From: Eubacteriales bacterium
GTDB taxonomy: Bacteria; Bacillota; Clostridia; Christensenellales; CALWSW01
Length of the DNA: 64,000 bases
Direction: 5' to 3'
Assembly (NCBI GenBank): GCA_031553675.1
Contig: JAVBLF010000016.1
Coordinates: forward strand, 11,324 to 75,323
In this document: piece by piece, positions 17,651 through 26,077 of the stretch
How positions within the stretch are numbered: the first letter of the stretch is position 1
How the letters are laid out: every line of letters begins with the position of its first letter
Notes under the pieces: generated by a model
Databases searched by the model: none
Told to the model about the DNA's origin: nothing
The model's input: the letters and a program-made list of their open reading frames with translations, nothing else
Program-made: the position numbers and the translations under genes

Positions 17651-18688
17651 ATGGCAGAAAGTGTGCGCTTGACGCAGATGGCCAAAAGCGCCGGGTGAGC
17701 GGCCAAAATAGGACCGGGCGTCCTATCGGAACTTTTGGCGGGCATGCCGCGCGTCGCGGACGATCGCTTGATCGTCGGCTTCGACACGTCGGACGATGCC
17801 TGCGTCTACAAAGTACGGGACGATTTGGCCGTCGTGCAGACGGTTGACTTCTTCCCGCCCGTCGTCGATGATCCCTACCTCTTCGGCCAAATCGCGGCGG
17901 CAAACGCCCTGAGCGATGTCTACGCCATGGGGGGCGCGCCTTCGATTGCGATGAACTTGTTTTGCTTTCCGGCCTGTCTCGATGCGTCGATCCCCAAAGC
18001 CATCCTCGCGGGTGGGGCGGACAAGGTGGCGGAAGCGGGCGCCGTGATCGCGGGCGGACACTCGATCGACGACGAGACGGTCAAATACGGCCTCTGCGTG
18101 ACAGGTTTTTTGCATCCTGACGACGTGATCACGAACGGTGCCGCCCAAGAGGGGGACGTTCTCGTTTTGACGAAACCGCTGGGGACCGGTCTTTTGACGA
18201 CGGCGATCAAGGCGGGTCTTTTGGGCGTGGAGGAAGCCGATGCTGTCGGGCGCTTGATGGCGACGCTCAACCGAGGCGCGCGCGACGCCATGGTCGCGAT
18301 CGGCGCGAACGCCTGTACCGACGTGACCGGTTTCGGTTTGCTGGGGCATGCGGGCGAAATGGCCGACGCGAGCGGGCTGACGGTCGCGATCGATCTCGCG
18401 GCACTGCCCCTTTTGCCGCGTGCGAAGGACATGGCGCTCGAAGGCATCGTGCCGGGGGGAACCTACCGCAATTTCGATTACCTCAAAGCGAGGATCGACG
18501 CTGCGCCGCACGTCGCGCAGTGGCAGATCGACCTCGCCTGCGATCCGCAGACGGCGGGCGGCCTATTGATCGCGCTGCCGGAAAAGAGGGCAGGGGAGCT
18601 GCTTCGCCGCCTGGAAGGACAGACGCCGTGCGCGGCCGTCGTCGGACAGCTTCTCGCGCGGAAAGACGCGGCGATCCAGCTGCGTTGA
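17651..18688 (+). CDS. selD: Selenide, water dikinase (selenophosphate synthetase) with an in-frame UGA selenocysteine codon at 17696..17698
   Basis: The ATG at 17651 follows GGGAGGGG and is in frame with ORF 17735..18688. The N-terminus MAESVRLTQMAKSAG-U-AAKIGPGVL aligns with the SelD active-site loop (E. coli IRLTQ...GAGCGCKISP). Confidence 0.85.
17702..17739 (+). promoter_or_regulatory. SECIS-like bipartite hairpin just 3' of the selD UGA
   Basis: Lower stem gccaaa / tttggc. Upper stem ataggac / gtcctat with apical loop cgggc. It begins 4-10 nt after the UGA. Confidence 0.65.
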
Positions 18689-18694
18689 ACGGAC

Positions 18695-18722
18695 AAAAAA
18701 GCGCCGATCGGCGCTTTTTTGG
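18695..18722 (+). terminator. Intrinsic terminator after selD
   Basis: aaaaaagcgccgatcggcgctttttt forms a perfect palindromic stem with a T-run. Confidence 0.85.
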
Positions 18723-18818
18723 TGTTGTGCGCTTTGCGTTGCGAAACACTTGTGCAAATGCCGTCGGCGGCGTATACTGTGGGAAGCCCCACACGTGCAT
18801 CCATGGACGGAGGATTGT

Positions 18819-19400
18819 ATGAAACAGGGACGCGGGCTTCGAGAGCCCGGCCAGACAACCATTTGGAACGTGCCGAACGTATTGACAATGCTTCGTCTCG
18901 CGTTGATCGGCGTGTTTTTGTATCTGTTTTGGGTGCCCGGAAACTACAGCGCGGCTTGCGTCGTCTTTCTCGTGGCCGGCATCACCGACATCGCCGACGG
19001 CGCCATCGCGCGCAAGTATGGGCTGACGACCGACTTTGGCAAGCTCATGGATCCCGCCGCCGACAAGCTCATGCTGATCGCCGCCTTGATCAGCCTGGTG
19101 AGCAAGGGCTTTTTGCCCGCCATCATACTCGTTTTCGTGCTGATCAAAGAGGGCATCATGGTGGTGGCCGCCGCGTTTTTGTACAAGAAAAAGATCGTCG
19201 TTTATGCCAAGGTATTCGGCAAAATTGCGGCTTTCTGCTTCAACGCCGGCGTCGTGTTGACCTTCCTCGGGACGACGGAGTTTCCCGCCATCATCGCCTA
19301 CCACGTCGATTGGGTCTTGTTTGGGCTGGCGATCCTCTTCGCCGTGCTGGCTTTCATCCAGTACCTCAACGTCTTCTGGCGGGAGCGTCACTCGCTTTGA
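18819..19400 (+). CDS. pgsA: CDP-diacylglycerol--glycerol-3-phosphate 3-phosphatidyltransferase
   Basis: CDP-alcohol phosphatidyltransferase motif GITDIADGAIARKYGLTTDFGKLMDPAADK. The ATG at 18819 follows GGAGG. Confidence 0.85.
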   Translation: MKQGRGLREPGQTTIWNVPNVLTMLRLALIGVFLYLFWVPGNYSAACVVFLVAGITDIADGAIARKYGLTTDFGKLMDPAADKLMLIAALISLVSKGFLPAIILVFVLIKEGIMVVAAAFLYKKKIVVYAKVFGKIAAFCFNAGVVLTFLGTTEFPAIIAYHVDWVLFGLAILFAVLAFIQYLNVFWRERHSL

Positions 19401-19454
19401 TCGTTGACAAGCCTTGCCTTTTGCGCTAACATGGTGAGAACAACGACATAATTT

Positions 19455-19674
19455 TGTGTTGAAAAAGAGGAGAACCGCGCAGGATCGAAGAGAGGGAGTC
19501 CCATGGCTGAAAGGGCTCTCGGTCATCACGCGCGATTCGGGTCGCTTTGGAGCATCGTCGCGTGCGGCGCGCTTTGTCCCCGTTACCGGACGCGAGTGGA
19601 AGGCGCTTTGTCCCTTCAAATAAGGTGGTACCGCGGATGCATTTCGTCCTTATGCGACGAAGTGCTTTTATTTT
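19455..19674 (+). promoter_or_regulatory. T-box riboswitch leader (valS)
   Basis: The conserved T-box sequence aaataaGGTGGTACCGCGg lies at 19618-19636. It overlaps the 5' arm of a terminator (gcatttcgtc/gacgaagtgc plus ttttatttt, 19639-19674). An AGAGA-containing stem I region lies near 19485. The element is upstream of an aminoacyl-tRNA synthetase. Confidence 0.8.
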
Positions 19675-19720
19675 GGATTCATCATCGCGATTTATCATTG
19701 CGCAGTTAGGAGCAGGCATC

Positions 19721-22360
19721 ATGGCGAAGAACCTGGAAAAAGTCTACGAACCGAAGAGCGTGGAAGGGCGTTTGTATGCGCTGTGGGAAGAAAAGGGTTA
19801 CTTTCACGCAGCGCCCAACCCCGACAAAAAACCATTCAGCATCGTCATCCCGCCGCCCAACATCACAGGGCAGCTTCACATGGGGCACGCGCTCGACAAC
19901 ACCTTACAGGATTGCCTCATTCGCTTCAAGCGCATGCAGGGCTTTGAGACGCTTTGGATGCCTGGCACAGATCACGCTTCGATCGCGACGGAGGTCAAAA
20001 TCGTCGAGCAGATGGCGAGCGAGGGCGTAACGAAGGCCGACATCGGGCGCGAGGGTTTTTTGGAGCGTGCCTGGGCTTGGCGCAAGCAATACGGCGGCCG
20101 CATCGTCGAGCAGCTCAAGCAGCTCGGCTCGAGCTGCGACTGGGAGCGCGAGCGCTTCACGATGGACGAGGGATGCAGCAATGCGGTGCGAACGGCCTTT
20201 GTCGACCTTTACGACAAAGGCTTGATCTACCGCGGCGACCGGATCATCAACTGGTGCCCCGACTGCAAGACGGCGCTGAGCGACGCCGAAGTCGAATACG
20301 AGGAACAGGCGTCGCATCTGTGGTACATCCGCTACCCGGCGGAGGATGGCGGGGAAGGCGTCGTCGTCGCGACGACCCGCCCCGAAACCATGCTGGGGGA
20401 TACCGGTGTGGCCGTCCATCCGGACGACCCGCGTTACGCCCACCTCGTCGGAAAGAACGTCGTTTTGCCCCTGATGAACCGCGTGATTCCTGTCGTGGCG
20501 GACACCTATGTCGATTTGGAGTTCGGCACCGGCGCCGTCAAGATGACGCCCGCCCACGACCCGAATGACTTCGAAGTCGGTATGCGCCACCATTTGGAAG
20601 TGTTGCGCGTGCTGGACGACGGTGGCGTCGTCAACGAGTTTGGCGGTGCCTATGCGGGCCTGGAGCGTTATGAGGCGAGAAAGCGCGTCGTGGCGGATCT
20701 CGAAGCGATCGGGGCGCTCGTCAAGATCGAGGATCACCCGCACAACGTCGGCGCTTGTTACCGCTGCCACACGACGGTTGAACCGATCGTGTCGAAGCAG
20801 TGGTTCGTGTCGATGAAGCCTTTGGCCGAGCCGGCCATGGAGGCCGTACGCAGCGGCGATACGCGCTTTTTGCCCGAGCGCTTTTCGAAGACCTACTTCC
20901 ATTGGATGGAGAACATCCGCGATTGGTGCATTTCGCGCCAGCTCTGGTGGGGCCACCGGATTCCGGCCTACTACTGCGAGGACTGCGGCGAGATGATCGT
21001 GGCGATTGAATCGCCGTCGGCCTGCGCCAAATGCGGTTCGACGAAAGTGCGCCAGGATGAGGACGTGCTCGACACCTGGTTCAGCTCGGGACTCTGGCCC
21101 TTTTCGACGATGGGCTGGCCGGACCGGACCGAAGAGCTCGCGTACTTCTACCCGACGAACGTGCTCGTCACGGGCTACGACATCATTTTCTTCTGGGTGG
21201 CGCGCATGATCGTGTTCGGCATGGCTGAGATGGGGGAAAAGCCCTTCGACGACGTGTTGATCCACGGCATCGTGCGCGACGCCATCGGGCGGAAGATGTC
21301 GAAATCGCTCGGCAACGGCATCGATCCGCTCGAGGAGATCGACAAGTACGGCGCCGAGTCCCTGCGTTTCAGCCTGACGAACGGCATCAGCCCGGGCAAC
21401 GACATGCGCTACCAGAGTGAGAAGGTCGAGGCCAGCCGCAACTTCTGCAACAAAATCTGGAACGCGGCCCGTTTCGTGCTGATGAACCTCGACGAGGACG
21501 ATGAAAGTCCTGCGGACATCGCGTCGCTCCAGCTCGATGCCGCCGACAAATGGCTGCTCACCCGACTGAACGCGATCGTTGCGGAAATGACGGCGCATCT
21601 GGAGGAATTCGACATCGGCCTGGCCGCCCAGAAGATCTACGACTTCGCGTGGAGCGAGTTCTGCGACTGGTACATCGAGATGGCCAAGGCGCGGCTCTAC
21701 GGCGAAGACGCCGGTGCCAAAGCGGCGGCGCGCGGCGTACTCGTGCACGGCCTAAGGACTATCGTGCAGCTTCTCCACCCCTTCATGCCCTTTATTACCG
21801 AGGAAATTTACCAGCACTTGCCGGGCTCGGGCGAGAGCGTCATGGTGTCGGCCTGGCCGGTCCCGAATGCAGCTTTCGATTTCCCAGCGCAGACTCGGGC
21901 GATCGAGAAGATGATGGAGCTGACGCGCGCCATTCGAAATCTCCGCGCCGAAATGAACGTGCCCCCCGCCACCCGCCCGAGCGTGACCGTGCTGGCTGAC
22001 GTCGAAAGCGCCGCCGATTTCGAAGCCGTCGCGTCCTACCTTCAGCGTCTGTCTTCCGCAGGCGAACTGCGCGTGACGACCGATCGCGCCTGCATGCCGG
22101 CGTCTGCGGTTCCCTGTGCGACGCCGTTCGCCGAAGCTTTCCTGCCGCTGAACGAACTGATCGACGTCGAAAAGGAGAAAAAGCGTCTCGGAAAAGAAGC
22201 GGAAAAGTTACAGATCGAGATCGACCGCGCCGACGCCAAGCTCAACAACCCAGGTTTCACGAACAAAGCGCCAGCCAACGTGATCGACGGTGTGCGCGCC
22301 CAGCTCGAGGAGAACCGAAAGACGATGGCGAAGATTTCCGAGCGCTTGGCTTCGCTGTAA
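19721..22360 (+). CDS. valS: Valine--tRNA ligase
   Basis: Contains PPNITGQLHMGHA (HIGH) and KMSKSLGN (KMSKS) motifs and a C-terminal coiled coil. The start MAKNLEKVYEP is at 19721. Confidence 0.95.
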   Translation: MAKNLEKVYEPKSVEGRLYALWEEKGYFHAAPNPDKKPFSIVIPPPNITGQLHMGHALDNTLQDCLIRFKRMQGFETLWMPGTDHASIATEVKIVEQMASEGVTKADIGREGFLERAWAWRKQYGGRIVEQLKQLGSSCDWERERFTMDEGCSNAVRTAFVDLYDKGLIYRGDRIINWCPDCKTALSDAEVEYEEQASHLWYIRYPAEDGGEGVVVATTRPETMLGDTGVAVHPDDPRYAHLVGKNVVLPLMNRVIPVVADTYVDLEFGTGAVKMTPAHDPNDFEVGMRHHLEVLRVLDDGGVVNEFGGAYAGLERYEARKRVVADLEAIGALVKIEDHPHNVGACYRCHTTVEPIVSKQWFVSMKPLAEPAMEAVRSGDTRFLPERFSKTYFHWMENIRDWCISRQLWWGHRIPAYYCEDCGEMIVAIESPSACAKCGSTKVRQDEDVLDTWFSSGLWPFSTMGWPDRTEELAYFYPTNVLVTGYDIIFFWVARMIVFGMAEMGEKPFDDVLIHGIVRDAIGRKMSKSLGNGIDPLEEIDKYGAESLRFSLTNGISPGNDMRYQSEKVEASRNFCNKIWNAARFVLMNLDEDDESPADIASLQLDAADKWLLTRLNAIVAEMTAHLEEFDIGLAAQKIYDFAWSEFCDWYIEMAKARLYGEDAGAKAAARGVLVHGLRTIVQLLHPFMPFITEEIYQHLPGSGESVMVSAWPVPNAAFDFPAQTRAIEKMMELTRAIRNLRAEMNVPPATRPSVTVLADVESAADFEAVASYLQRLSSAGELRVTTDRACMPASAVPCATPFAEAFLPLNELIDVEKEKKRLGKEAEKLQIEIDRADAKLNNPGFTNKAPANVIDGVRAQLEENRKTMAKISERLASL

Positions 22361-22387
22361 GGGTTGCGGTATAATGGGACGGGAAGG

Positions 22388-22463
22388 TTTGGGGGATTGC
22401 ACGTGTCACTGCGCCACAACCCCCAAACCCCTGGCCCGAGGGGCGTGGACCCTTGGGAATCCC
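22388..22463 (+). repeat. GC-rich hairpin module related to the repeat family (contains the motif in inverted orientation)
   Basis: Contains gtttggggg...cccccaaac (9-bp stem) and cccct-ggcccg-agggg. It also contains cccttgggaatccc, which is the reverse complement of gggattcccaaggg. Confidence 0.55.
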
Positions 22464-22488
22464 ATTCGGATGCGAAAGAGGAAGATAG

Positions 22489-23754
22489 ATGGGGATCGAA
22501 CAGTTCGACGTGCTCGCCTTTTTTGGTGAGCGCTGGAATGAGCCGCGGCCGCTCGAAAACTTCGCCCGGCTGCTCGACGCGCTGGGACAGCCGTGGCAGG
22601 GCATGCGCATCGTGCATGTCGCCGGCACAAACGGCAAAGGCTCGACCTGCGCCTTTGTCGATCGCATGCTGCGCCGCGCTGGATACCGGACGGGCCTCTT
22701 TACGTCGCCCGCCTTGCAGCGCGTCAACGAGCGCTTTCAGATCGACGGTCAGAACGTCGGTGACGACGCTTTGGATCGCGCGGTCAGACGGGTGGCGGCG
22801 GCTGAGGCAGATGTGGGTATGTATTTCGGTGGCTTCGACCGCATGACGGCGGCGGGGCTCTTGATCTTTGCTGAAGCGGGCGTCGAATGGCTGGTGCTCG
22901 AAGCTGGGCTTGGCGGCCGGCTGGACGCGACGACCGCCGTGCCCGCCGAGATCGCGATGATCTCGCGCATTGGCCTCGACCATACCGAGGTGCTCGGCGA
23001 TACGATCGACAAAATCGCCTGGGAAAAGGCGATGATCATCCAGCCGGGACAGCGCTGCGCCATCGTGCATCCGCAGGAAGGCGAGGCAATGCGCGCGATC
23101 GAAGCGCGGTGCGCCGAAACGGGTGTGCCTCTTTTGCGCGTGGACGGCAGCGGTTTGCTTCTGAACGAAATCTACCATGGCCGGCAACGCTTCACAGTGC
23201 AGCGGGGCGATGTCCACTTTGTGCTCGAAACGGGGCTTTTGGGGCGCTACCAGATCGAAAACGCCGCGGCAGCTCTCATCGCTGGGCAGGCGCTGGGACT
23301 GGACGCGATCGCGATCCGCGAAGGAATCGCGCAGGCGGAATGGCCGGGGCGTCTGGAAAGGCTGGAAGGGCATCCCATGATCTGGCTGGACGGCGCGCAC
23401 AACCCGCAATGCATGCGCGCGCTGGCCGACAGCCTGGGCGAATATGCGCCGGGGCAGCGCTTTGTGTTGATCACAGCCATCATGGCCGATAAGGATTGGC
23501 TGACCATGCTCAAGACGATCGCGCCCCACGTGGAATGCGCCGTCGCAGTCGATCTCGGTGCGCGTTCGGTGCCAGCGGAAGAACTCGCCGACGCTCTCGA
23601 AAGGCTGGGAACGACCGCCCACGTCGCGCATGACCTGGAATGGGCCTTCGCGAAGGCCAGCGACCTTTGCGAAGAACCGGGGCGCGAGGATTGCGCGATA
23701 CTGGTTTGTGGTTCGCTCTACCTCGTCGGGGACATGCGCGGCTATTTGCTGTGA
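22489..23754 (+). CDS. folC: Bifunctional folylpolyglutamate synthase / dihydrofolate synthase
   Basis: Mur-ligase P-loop VAGTNGKGSTCAF. Length is 421 aa. Confidence 0.85.
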   Translation: MGIEQFDVLAFFGERWNEPRPLENFARLLDALGQPWQGMRIVHVAGTNGKGSTCAFVDRMLRRAGYRTGLFTSPALQRVNERFQIDGQNVGDDALDRAVRRVAAAEADVGMYFGGFDRMTAAGLLIFAEAGVEWLVLEAGLGGRLDATTAVPAEIAMISRIGLDHTEVLGDTIDKIAWEKAMIIQPGQRCAIVHPQEGEAMRAIEARCAETGVPLLRVDGSGLLLNEIYHGRQRFTVQRGDVHFVLETGLLGRYQIENAAAALIAGQALGLDAIAIREGIAQAEWPGRLERLEGHPMIWLDGAHNPQCMRALADSLGEYAPGQRFVLITAIMADKDWLTMLKTIAPHVECAVAVDLGARSVPAEELADALERLGTTAHVAHDLEWAFAKASDLCEEPGREDCAILVCGSLYLVGDMRGYLL

Positions 23755-23802
23755 CATATCGACGTCCGGACATGGATAGAATGGAATGTAAGGAGAAGGG
23801 AC

Positions 23803-24309
23803 ATGGATTTTTTCATACGGCCCATCCAAGAGGAAGACGCGGCCGACCTCAACGCGATCCGCCGCATGGACGGCGTGTTCGAGAACCTGCTCGCGATCCA
23901 AAGCGAGCGACTCGACGGGACGACTGACTATATCGAATCGCTGAGCGATCGGGATTTCGTATTCGTTGCCGAGACGAAGGTGGGCTTCGATTCGCTCGTG
24001 ATAGGCTGCGCATCGCTTGCGATCCGGCCCCAGCTTCGCGAGCGCCACCGCGCCGACTTCGGCATCATGGTGCATCGGGATTACCAGAGAAAAGGCGTGG
24101 GCAAGGCGCTGATGGAAAAGCTGATCGACCTGGCGGACAATTGGCTTCTGATCAAGCGCATCGATCTGACCGTGCTGGCTGACAACCACGGCGCGATCGC
24201 GCTTTACAAGCGCATGGGCTTCGAGATCGAAGCGACGCTTCGTTGCGCCGTCGTCAAGCATGGCCGCTATGCCGACGAACTTCTCATGGCGCGCTTGCAC
24301 GGCGTATAA
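23803..24309 (+). CDS. GNAT-family N-acetyltransferase
   Basis: Acetyl-CoA binding motif YQRKGVGKALMEKL. Length is 168 aa. Confidence 0.8.
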   Translation: MDFFIRPIQEEDAADLNAIRRMDGVFENLLAIQSERLDGTTDYIESLSDRDFVFVAETKVGFDSLVIGCASLAIRPQLRERHRADFGIMVHRDYQRKGVGKALMEKLIDLADNWLLIKRIDLTVLADNHGAIALYKRMGFEIEATLRCAVVKHGRYADELLMARLHGV

Positions 24310-24324
24310 GGGGAGGAGAAGCGC

Positions 24325-24465
24325 ATGTCAAAACGAATCGTCGCCCTGATTCTGGCGGGGCTCTTGATCTTGTCGGTTTTGGCGTCGGGGATCGCCCTCG
24401 TCGCGTCGTATGCGCGCGATTCGGCAGAGCAGATCGGTTCGGAAGCGTCTGTCACCGCACCGTGA
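24325..24465 (+). CDS. Possible 46-aa single-pass membrane peptide
   Basis: Not in the ORF track (under 60 aa). The ATG lies 6 nt after AAGGGGAGGAG. The hydrophobic helix is IVALILAGLLILSVLASGIALVA. Confidence 0.4.
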   Translation: MSKRIVALILAGLLILSVLASGIALVASYARDSAEQIGSEASVTAP

Positions 24466-24506
24466 TGGAAGCGCGATCGCTTGCGATTTTGGCGTAGCTA
24501 GAGATG

Positions 24507-24532
24507 AAAGCGGTTCGATGAGCCGCTTTTTT
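24507..24532 (+). terminator. Intrinsic terminator
   Basis: aaagcgg-ttcgatga-gccgc followed by tttttt. Confidence 0.6.
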
Positions 24533-24645
24533 GATGCGCGGATTGGAAGGGGTCTGCTGGCGTGCATCCGGGTTTCGAAACAGGGAAGAACCGAAATCGT
24601 AGAATATTCGCGGTTTTGCATGATCGTGAAAATGGGAAAAGAGGC

Positions 24646-24674
24646 TTGACAAAATGGTAAATATTTCCTATCAT
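24646..24674 (+). promoter_or_regulatory. Near-consensus sigma-A-type promoter (TTGACA-17 nt-TATCAT)
   Basis: TTGACA at 24646-24651 and TATCAT at 24669-24674, separated by exactly 17 nt. Confidence 0.6.
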
Positions 24675-24680
24675 AGAGGT

Positions 24681-24790
24681 GTAGTAGATATTCATCGAGA
24701 CGTACTCCGCAGGGGCGCGCGCGCTCTCATGTGGGGTCTATAGATAAAGCGGACGCCCGGCTCGCAATGAGGGCGTCCGCCTTTTATTTG
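24681..24790 (+). ncRNA. Candidate small RNA or unclassified cis-regulatory RNA (orphan promoter-to-terminator unit, about 110 nt, no ORF)
   Basis: Bounded by the promoter at 24646 and a strong terminator: gcggacgccc / gggcgtccgc plus cttttattt at 24749-24790. Only a 4-codon ORF lies inside. Confidence 0.4.
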
Positions 24791-24892
24791 GCTTTTGGTG
24801 TGTTTTTTTGCGATCGCCGCTTGCATTTTCGACTTGCTTGCATTATGATGATCATGAATTGGTTTGATGCCGAATCAGATCATTTCTCCCTG

Positions 24893-25000
24893 CTGAGCAG
24901 AGTAGATGAGTGCGCGTGAAGTGCCGGAGGATGGGAAGTCGCCTCTGGACGAAGGCTGAAGGATGGTCCCTCAGCTGCGATGCATCATCGCGTCCGCTGT
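24893..25000 (+). promoter_or_regulatory. THF (tetrahydrofolate) riboswitch aptamer
   Basis: Blocks AGAGUAGAUGA, CGCGUgAAGUG, AUGGGAaGUCG, ACGAAG and GCAUCAUCGCGUCCGCU are collinear with the E. siraeum THF-I riboswitch sequence as I remember it. It lies upstream of a folate ECF S-component gene. Confidence 0.8.
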
Positions 25001-25105
25001 GTATGCCCGAACGAGTTCGCTTTCGCTTTTGGGATCAGGCTATGGGAAAATGCTTTCGTAGCGCGATTCATGGGGATGGCGAGATTGTGGCATCAGCTCG
25101 ACATG

Positions 25106-25132
25106 CTGCCTTTCAGGGAAGGCGGTTTTTTT
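25106..25132 (+). terminator. Riboswitch expression-platform terminator
   Basis: ctgcctt-tcaggg-aaggcgg followed by ttttttt, 47 nt upstream of the folT start. Confidence 0.65.
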
Positions 25133-25178
25133 GTATCTTGTCTTCCCCTTGCGATTCATGAGAAAAGAGGCAACGCAA

Positions 25179-25718
25179 ATGAGTCATCTCAGCCAAAACA
25201 CCCGCAAGCTTGCGCTTGCAGCGCTCTTCGTCGCGCTCGACATCATCGTGACGCGATTTTGCTCCATCCAGGTCACGCCGGCGGTCCGCATCGGGTTTCA
25301 GTCGGCGGTCTTTGCGCTCGGTGGCTTCTTTCTCGGTCCTGTCTACGCTGCCATCGCATTTGTGGCCAGCGACCTACTAGGCGTCGCGATCAATTCGAGC
25401 GGCGGCGCGATCATCCCGTTGTTCACCGTCTGTGCGGGGCTTTCCGGCCTGATTTACGGCTTCGTGTTGCACGACAAACCCGTCAGCGTGTGGCGCACGC
25501 TGATCGCTTTCGGCATCCACATGGTCATCGTCAACCTCTTGCTTCGCACCTTCGCGCTTTGGATGGCACAGGGAACCCCGCTCCAAACGCTGTTTGCGAC
25601 GCGCCTCGTCACGGTTCCGATCAACGCCTGCGTTTCGTTCTTCGTTGCCTGGTTGCTGCTCAAAACGCTGCCCGACAAGGTCAGAAGCTTTACAGCGACC
25701 TTTGCGGCAAAAGGGTAA
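25179..25718 (+). CDS. folT: ECF-transporter substrate-specific (S) component, folate family
   Basis: About 180 aa with multiple TM helices. The N-terminus TRKLALAALFVALDIIVTRF is typical of FolT-like S components. It is controlled by the THF riboswitch. The start at 25179 follows AGAGG. Confidence 0.75.
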   Translation: MSHLSQNTRKLALAALFVALDIIVTRFCSIQVTPAVRIGFQSAVFALGGFFLGPVYAAIAFVASDLLGVAINSSGGAIIPLFTVCAGLSGLIYGFVLHDKPVSVWRTLIAFGIHMVIVNLLLRTFALWMAQGTPLQTLFATRLVTVPINACVSFFVAWLLLKTLPDKVRSFTATFAAKG

Positions 25719-25741
25719 GCGGTTTATAAAAATGGATTTAA

Positions 25742-25775
25742 GAGACGGTGTGAGAGCGCCGTCTCATCTTTTATA
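25742..25775 (+). terminator. Intrinsic terminator after folT
   Basis: gagacgg-N10-ccgtctc followed by atcttttat. Confidence 0.6.
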
Positions 25776-26077
25776 TCCGACATGCAATGTTAGTCGCGAA
25801 ATAAACAAACGGTTAAGTTGCATATTCACAGTTCCACTCGTGTGATCGCTTCAAATATTTGAAAACCTATACCATATTTATGAAGTGTATGCTATAATTG
25901 TTACGCTGGACGCGCGACAAGAAGACAATGCGAAAATCAGGGCAGATGCGCCAAAGATCTGATATTCTGCCGAAATATGCGAATGGGGCAAGTCGCGGGA
26001 GAAAGCAAACGAACCTTTATCTTGGGTTTTCCATTTATACACAATCAATCCAATAATATGAAGTTTGCGTCTTCGAA

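Noticed and set aside
17735-18688. ORF-track version of selD starting at TTG 17735
   Set aside because: This version lacks the catalytic N-terminal loop. The upstream in-frame ATG at 17651, with an RBS and a UGA at the conserved Cys/Sec position, gives a full-length SelD.
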